Below, one piece after another: positions 58,647-64,000 of a DNA stretch of 64,000 nucleotides. The stretch's first letter is position 1. Each line of letters begins with the position of its first letter. The translations under genes and the position numbers were made by a program. This DNA is from Opitutales bacterium (GTDB lineage Bacteria; Verrucomicrobiota; Verrucomicrobiia; Opitutales; UBA2987): contig CBDDEL010000016.1 of assembly GCA_965226885.1 (NCBI GenBank), positions 224,001 through 288,000 on the forward strand, written 5' to 3'. The notes under the pieces were generated by a model. The model saw only the letters and a list, made by a program, of their open reading frames with translations, was not told where the DNA came from and did no database searches.

Positions 58647-60554
58647 ATGAATAAAAAAACTCCTACCTCAATCAGGGCAACCTTTGCTTTGCCGTGTCTT
58701 CATTTTCGTAGATGGCTCATTAGCGCCAGCATGGCTTTGGCTAGCGCCTCGACCGCCTCGGCGGTCGAGTTTATGTTGGGAGAAGCCGAGGCCAGTCTCG
58801 ACACGACGCTGTCCTACGGCACTTCCTTCCGGCTCAACAATCCGGATCCGGCTTTGATCGGAACTACCAATGGCGGTCTGCAAAATTCCGTCAATGCCGA
58901 TGACGGCAATCTCAATTATGCCAAAGGCATATATTCCAATGCTTTCAAGATCACAAGCGAACTCGAGGTCAATTATCAAAACATCGGGGTTTTCGTGCGG
59001 GGAACGGCCTTCCACGACTTTGAAAATGAAAGTAAAGACCGGGAACGCACACCGCTCTCCAATAAGGCCCTGGAAAAGGTGGGGCAGGATATCGTCCTGC
59101 TGGACTATTTCGCCTACGCCAGATTCGACATGGGAAACATGCCGGTTGACATACGCGTCGGCAGCCAGGTGCTCAGTTGGGGTGAAAGCACTTTTATCCA
59201 AAACGGCATCAATACCATCAACCCCGTCGATGTCTCCAAATTTCGCATTGCGGGGGGCGAATTAAGGGAGGGCCTCATTCCCGTGCCCATGATTTCGGCC
59301 TCGGTGGGGATTACCGAGAATATTACTCTGGAAGGATTCATTCTTTTTGAATTCGCCGAGACCGAGATCGATCCGCCGGGCACTTATTTCAGCACCAACG
59401 ATTTTGCCGGTCTGGGCGGAAACACCGTTATGCTGGGTTTCGGGGCCATTCCCGACATTCCCGCCAACAGTCCCCTCGGGGGCTTGGGCGGCATACCACG
59501 AGCACCCAACAATAATCCCAGCGATAGCGGACAGTTCGGCCTGGCCTCCCGCATATTGATTCCCCAGTTGAATGACATCGAAATCGGTTTCTATTACCTC
59601 AGAACCCACAGCCGTTTACCGCTAATTAGTTCCATCACGCCAACTGCGCACGTCAATTTGGCCGCGGCGCCTGCCCTCGTAGGTTCTCTTGTCCCGAACT
59701 TTCTGGCACTGGGTCTTCCCTTTGAACAGGCCGTAGCCGCCGCCACAGGGCAGGCCAGCACAATCCTCTTTTTTCAGAGCGCCGCCACCGGCCGTTACCA
59801 GATCAGTTATCCCGAGGATATCGATCAGCTGGGTTTCTCCATCAACACGGACCTCGGCAACACCGGCATCTCCCTGCAGGGCGAATTATCCTATCGTTTC
59901 GACCAACCCTTGCAAGTGGACGACGTGGAGCTCCTCTTCGCCACCCTTTCGGCCATCAACCCGGCTTTCGGACCGACTAACCAGATAGGGAATTTCCTGG
60001 GGCAATTGGGCCGGCCTATCGCCGGCTTCCGGCGGGAAGATGTCTGGCAAGTACAAGCCACGGCGACCAAAGTGTTCGGGCCTACCCTGGGGGCCGATCA
60101 ATGGATCCTGCTGGCAGAGGTGGGCGCAACTTTCGTTCCCGGCCTTCCCGATAAAAAACAACTACGCTTCGACGGGCCGGGCACTTTTACCGGCGGTGAC
60201 CCTCTGGCTATGCTCCTGACCGGCAACGGGGCTTTTCCGGCCACGCCGATCGAGGCCTTCGCCGACGATTCTTCCTGGGGCTACCGCATCGTCAGCCGCC
60301 TGGATTACCTGAACCTTTTCTGGGGTGTCAACGCCATGCCCAGCATCGCCTTCGCCCACGATGTTTCGGGCATTACACCGATTCCCATCGGCAATTTTCT
60401 GGAAGGGCGCAAGACGCTCACCCTCGGGGTCGAGATGACCTATCAAAACTCCTGGTCTTATGCCATGCGCTATACCAATTTCTTCGGGGCCGGTGACTTC
60501 AACCTGAGCCACGACCGCGATCTCTTTTCCCTCACCCTTAAATACTCCTTCTAA
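58647..60554 (+). CDS. DUF1302 family outer-membrane beta-barrel protein
   Basis: DTTLSYG, NADDGNLNY, QVLSWGESTF, C-terminal DRD...LKYSF. Confidence 0.88.
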   Translation: MNKKTPTSIRATFALPCLHFRRWLISASMALASASTASAVEFMLGEAEASLDTTLSYGTSFRLNNPDPALIGTTNGGLQNSVNADDGNLNYAKGIYSNAFKITSELEVNYQNIGVFVRGTAFHDFENESKDRERTPLSNKALEKVGQDIVLLDYFAYARFDMGNMPVDIRVGSQVLSWGESTFIQNGINTINPVDVSKFRIAGGELREGLIPVPMISASVGITENITLEGFILFEFAETEIDPPGTYFSTNDFAGLGGNTVMLGFGAIPDIPANSPLGGLGGIPRAPNNNPSDSGQFGLASRILIPQLNDIEIGFYYLRTHSRLPLISSITPTAHVNLAAAPALVGSLVPNFLALGLPFEQAVAAATGQASTILFFQSAATGRYQISYPEDIDQLGFSINTDLGNTGISLQGELSYRFDQPLQVDDVELLFATLSAINPAFGPTNQIGNFLGQLGRPIAGFRREDVWQVQATATKVFGPTLGADQWILLAEVGATFVPGLPDKKQLRFDGPGTFTGGDPLAMLLTGNGAFPATPIEAFADDSSWGYRIVSRLDYLNLFWGVNAMPSIAFAHDVSGITPIPIGNFLEGRKTLTLGVEMTYQNSWSYAMRYTNFFGAGDFNLSHDRDLFSLTLKYSF

Positions 60555-60587
60555 TTAAAATAAATAAATTTATCTGAGGAATTTATC

Positions 60588-61949
60588 ATGTTGAAAAAAA
60601 CCCTTCTTTCTCTCTCCCTGACAATTTTCTTAACCGTTTCCTGGCAAAACGCAGGGGCCGCCATCTCCGCCAGCGAAGCGGATCGCCTGGGAAAAGACCT
60701 GACTCCTCTCGGGGCTGAAAAAGCCGGCAATGAGGACGGCTCCATACCGGCCTGGGAAGGGGGCATCACGAAACCGCCCGCGGGCTACCAAAAAGGCCAG
60801 CACCATCCCGATCCTTTTTCCGGCGACTCCCCATTGTTTACCATCAACGGCTCCAATGCGGCACAATACAAAGACCAACTCTCCATCGGCCACCAGGCCC
60901 TCCTGGCCGCTCATGATTCCTACAAAATGCCGGTTTACCCGACCCGCCGCTCTGCTTCCTATCCCCAAAGGGTTTACGATGCCACCAGGCAAATTGCCCT
61001 CACGGCAGAGATAATCGGCGACGGGGCGGGCGTCTCCGGGGCCATCCTGGGCATTCCCTTTCCCATTCCCAAAACCGGCCACGAGGTAATCTGGAATCAT
61101 TTGGTTCGTTATCGGGGCACCATGGCTGAGAGGCACATCAGCCAGGCCGCCCCCACCCGCAAAGGAAAATTCACCTTGGTCGATTTCGAGGATGAATTTC
61201 TTTTCAATTACACAATCGAAGGGATGCAGGCGGAAAACCTCAACAATACCCTGCTCTACTTCAAACAGGAGGTAAAAGCTCCCGCTCGCCTGGCTGGCTC
61301 CATCCTGCTGGCGCACGAAACCATGGACCAGATAACCGCGCCGCGCCGCGCCTGGGTTTACAATACCGGCCAGCGCCGGGTGCGCCGAGCCCCCAACGTC
61401 GCCTACGACAACCCTGGCACCGCCGCCGACGGCATGAGAACCAGCGACCAGTTCGACATGTTTAACGGCGCCCTCGACCGTTACGACTGGAAACTGTTGG
61501 GCAAAAGGGAAATGTATATGCCTTATAACTCCTACCGGCTGCACAGCGACCAATTGAAGGTCAAAGACATCCTGACCCCCCTGCATATCAACCAGGATTA
61601 TACCCGCTACGAACTGCACCGCGTGTGGGTAGTCGAGGCCACCTTAAAAGAAGGCAAGAGGCACCTCTATTCGCGCAGAACCTTTTATATCGACGAGGAC
61701 AGTTGGCAAATGCTGGCCGTCGATCAGTATGACGGCAGAGGCGAACTATGGAGAATTTCCGAAGGCCATTGCATAAATTACTACGAAGAGCCGCTCTTCT
61801 GGACAACGCTCGAAGTGCATACCGATTTGTTTGCCGGGCGCTACCTGGCCATCGGCCTGGATAACGAGCGCGCCATGTACGATTTCGACATCGAGCGCGA
61901 AGTTCCCGATTACACCCCATCCTCCCTCAGAAGGTCCGGCATCCGGTAA
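60588..61949 (+). CDS. DUF1329 family periplasmic protein
   Basis: LTPLGAEKAGN, PFPIP, GQRRVRRAP, RYELHRVWVVEA. Confidence 0.9.
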   Translation: MLKKTLLSLSLTIFLTVSWQNAGAAISASEADRLGKDLTPLGAEKAGNEDGSIPAWEGGITKPPAGYQKGQHHPDPFSGDSPLFTINGSNAAQYKDQLSIGHQALLAAHDSYKMPVYPTRRSASYPQRVYDATRQIALTAEIIGDGAGVSGAILGIPFPIPKTGHEVIWNHLVRYRGTMAERHISQAAPTRKGKFTLVDFEDEFLFNYTIEGMQAENLNNTLLYFKQEVKAPARLAGSILLAHETMDQITAPRRAWVYNTGQRRVRRAPNVAYDNPGTAADGMRTSDQFDMFNGALDRYDWKLLGKREMYMPYNSYRLHSDQLKVKDILTPLHINQDYTRYELHRVWVVEATLKEGKRHLYSRRTFYIDEDSWQMLAVDQYDGRGELWRISEGHCINYYEEPLFWTTLEVHTDLFAGRYLAIGLDNERAMYDFDIEREVPDYTPSSLRRSGIR

Positions 61950-61984
61950 ATTGAATTTTCTGACGGACTACCCCATACACTTCA

Positions 61985-62980
61985 ATGGATACGCTGCCGG
62001 AAGGAAGGTTCACCAGCCTCCTTGCCTTCATCTGTTTATCCATTCCCATTCTTGTTTTTAACTCCCCTCATTTGCGGGGAGCCGCCGATGCACCGTCTGA
62101 AATGATGGAACTGGCCCCCCGGTCCATTATCCTGGATGCGCAGGTGGTCGGCTCGATGATAGTGGCGGTGGGAGAACGCGGGCATATCCTCATTTCAAAA
62201 GACGACGGTCTGACTTGGAAACAAAACCCCACCCCAACCCGATCCACCCTCACCGCGGTTTACTTTTCCGACGCTAGTGAAGGGTGGGCGGTGGGCCACG
62301 ACGGCATCATCCTGCACACCTCCAACGGCGGCGATTGGTGGACCAAGGCCAATCAAGAGGTTGAACCGCAAACCAGTTATCTGGATGTCTATTTCATCGA
62401 CCGGAACCGCGGATTCATCGTCGGCGCCTACGGAGAATTCCGGCGCACCGACGACGGCGGAAAAACCTGGAAGCAGGAATGGATTTCAGAGGAGGAGCTC
62501 CATTTTAACCGTATCAGCGCGGGCGAGGACGGTTATGTTTACCTGGCCGGCGAAAGCGGCACCCTCATGCAATCGATCGACCAGGGACAAACCTGGCAGG
62601 TTTTGCAATCGCCCTATTATGGTTCCTCCTTCGGCGTTCTTTCCATCGATAAAAGCACCCTTCTGCTCTACGGTTTGAGAGGCGTTATTTACCGGACGGA
62701 AGACCGGGCAGATAGCTGGATACTGATTGAAAACGAGGTCAAGGCGCTCATATCCTCCGGCCTTATGTTGCGCAGCGGCGTCATCGTTCTGGCCGGGCAG
62801 GGAGGGAATTTATTTGTCAGCCGCGACCTCGGGAAAACCTTCGACCTCTGGAAACAGCCCACCTTGATCGGCACCGCGGAATTGGCCGAAACCCCTCTGG
62901 ATTACCTCCTGGCGGTGGGGGTAAATGGCGTCCACCGGCTGGAACCGCCCAGTCTGGTAGAGACGTTGGTTGGGAACTAA
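61985..62980 (+). CDS. YCF48-like BNR-repeat beta-propeller
   Basis: AVGERGHIL, repeated SxDxGxTW. Confidence 0.88.
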   Translation: MDTLPEGRFTSLLAFICLSIPILVFNSPHLRGAADAPSEMMELAPRSIILDAQVVGSMIVAVGERGHILISKDDGLTWKQNPTPTRSTLTAVYFSDASEGWAVGHDGIILHTSNGGDWWTKANQEVEPQTSYLDVYFIDRNRGFIVGAYGEFRRTDDGGKTWKQEWISEEELHFNRISAGEDGYVYLAGESGTLMQSIDQGQTWQVLQSPYYGSSFGVLSIDKSTLLLYGLRGVIYRTEDRADSWILIENEVKALISSGLMLRSGVIVLAGQGGNLFVSRDLGKTFDLWKQPTLIGTAELAETPLDYLLAVGVNGVHRLEPPSLVETLVGN

Positions 62981-62986
62981 GCCGTC

Positions 62987-64000
62987 ATGCAAGGCCAAAA
63001 AATAGTTGAGAGAATCGAGAAGGTCGTCTTCGCCCATCGCGGCTTGCTGGTGACTCTTTTTCTCATCCTTACGGCCGGCATGCTTTACTCAGCCATCAAG
63101 GCCCGGGTCGATGTCAGCTTTACCAAGAAACTGCCCCTGCAGCACGAATACATCCAGACTTTCCTCGAGTACCGCGAACAATTCGGCGGGGCCAACCGCA
63201 TCGTAATCGCCCTCATGGTGGAGGATGGGGATATTTTTACTCCCGAATTTTTCGAGATTCTCAAATCGGTAACCGACGAGATCTTTTTTTTGCCGGGCGT
63301 GGACCGCGCCCAGGTGACCTCCCTGTTTACTCCCAATGTGCGCTTTGTAGAGATTGTCGAGGATGGTTTTTCAGGTGGAAATGTGGTACCGGACGACTTC
63401 GCGCCGACCGTGGAAGGCCTTAAAAAAGTGCGCGAAAACGTCATCAAGTCCGGGCGCGTGGGGCGGCTGGTGGCCAATGATTTCAGCGGCGCCATCGTTT
63501 CCGCCCAGTTGCAGGAGGTAAATCCCGCCACCGGGGAAAAACTGGATTACATCATGGTGGCCAATCACCTGGAGGAAAAAATCCGCCAGCGGTTCGAGAG
63601 GGAGGGCAAGGATATTGGCCTTAAAATCCACATAATCGGATTCGCTAAAGTTATCGGAGACATCGCCCAAGGAGCCCGCAACGTGATCTTCTTTTTTATT
63701 ATTTCATCTTTAATTGCGGCGTCTTTTGTTTACATTTTTTGCCTATCCATTCGTTTGACCATTCTACCCTTGTTTTGCGCTCTGGTCGCGGTCATCTGGC
63801 AAATCGGGCTGTTGAATGTGCTCGGTTACGGGTTCGATCCAATGTCGATACTCGTGCCTTTTCTTATATTTGCCATTGGAGTAAGTCACGGGGTGCAAAT
63901 GATTCGCTCTTTCCGCGATGAGATATTCCAGGGCCGGAACAGCCTGGAGGCGGCCCGGTCAAGTTTTCGCCAATTGCTCATTCCGGGAGGAACGGCGCTG
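62987..64000 (+). CDS. MMPL/RND family transporter (partial, runs off window)
   Basis: ATG at 62987; FGGANR, GFAKVIGDI, PFLIFAIGVSHGVQ. Confidence 0.88.
   Translation, partial: MQGQKIVERIEKVVFAHRGLLVTLFLILTAGMLYSAIKARVDVSFTKKLPLQHEYIQTFLEYREQFGGANRIVIALMVEDGDIFTPEFFEILKSVTDEIFFLPGVDRAQVTSLFTPNVRFVEIVEDGFSGGNVVPDDFAPTVEGLKKVRENVIKSGRVGRLVANDFSGAIVSAQLQEVNPATGEKLDYIMVANHLEEKIRQRFEREGKDIGLKIHIIGFAKVIGDIAQGARNVIFFFIISSLIAASFVYIFCLSIRLTILPLFCALVAVIWQIGLLNVLGYGFDPMSILVPFLIFAIGVSHGVQMIRSFRDEIFQGRNSLEAARSSFRQLLIPGGTAL

Overview
Bacterial chromosomal window, most likely Verrucomicrobiota (Opitutae-like). The basis is the 16S sequence, the 16S-tRNA-Ala-tRNA-Ile-23S-5S operon order and a PEP-CTERM remnant; this was judged by eye, with no database search. 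Housekeeping and metabolic genes include aroA-cmk-thrH, ugd, a TetR-controlled RND efflux operon, dsbD, a MATE pump, a full rRNA operon, skp, a putP-like symporter, NCS1 plus a class III aminotransferase, a DAHP synthase and prpBCD. The window ends in a DUF1302-DUF1329-YCF48-MMPL envelope operon. Six complete or near-complete IS elements (IS1380, ISNCY/IS5-like, IS3, IS630, two IS1) and about seven broken genes are interspersed. Highlights: (i) a secreted-protein pseudogene with an IPTL-CTERM tail followed directly by an orphan PEP-CTERM tail, suggesting a sorting-signal swap; (ii) recurring perfect short tandem duplications (5, 5, 10, 15, 17, 21 bp), two of which explain frameshifts; (iii) an IS1380 inserted exactly in the stop codon of another transposase; (iv) a Tsr3/DTW-like gene just upstream of the rRNA operon; (v) a LicC-like cytidylyltransferase plus CDP-alcohol phosphotransferase pair; (vi) a standalone SET-domain protein.
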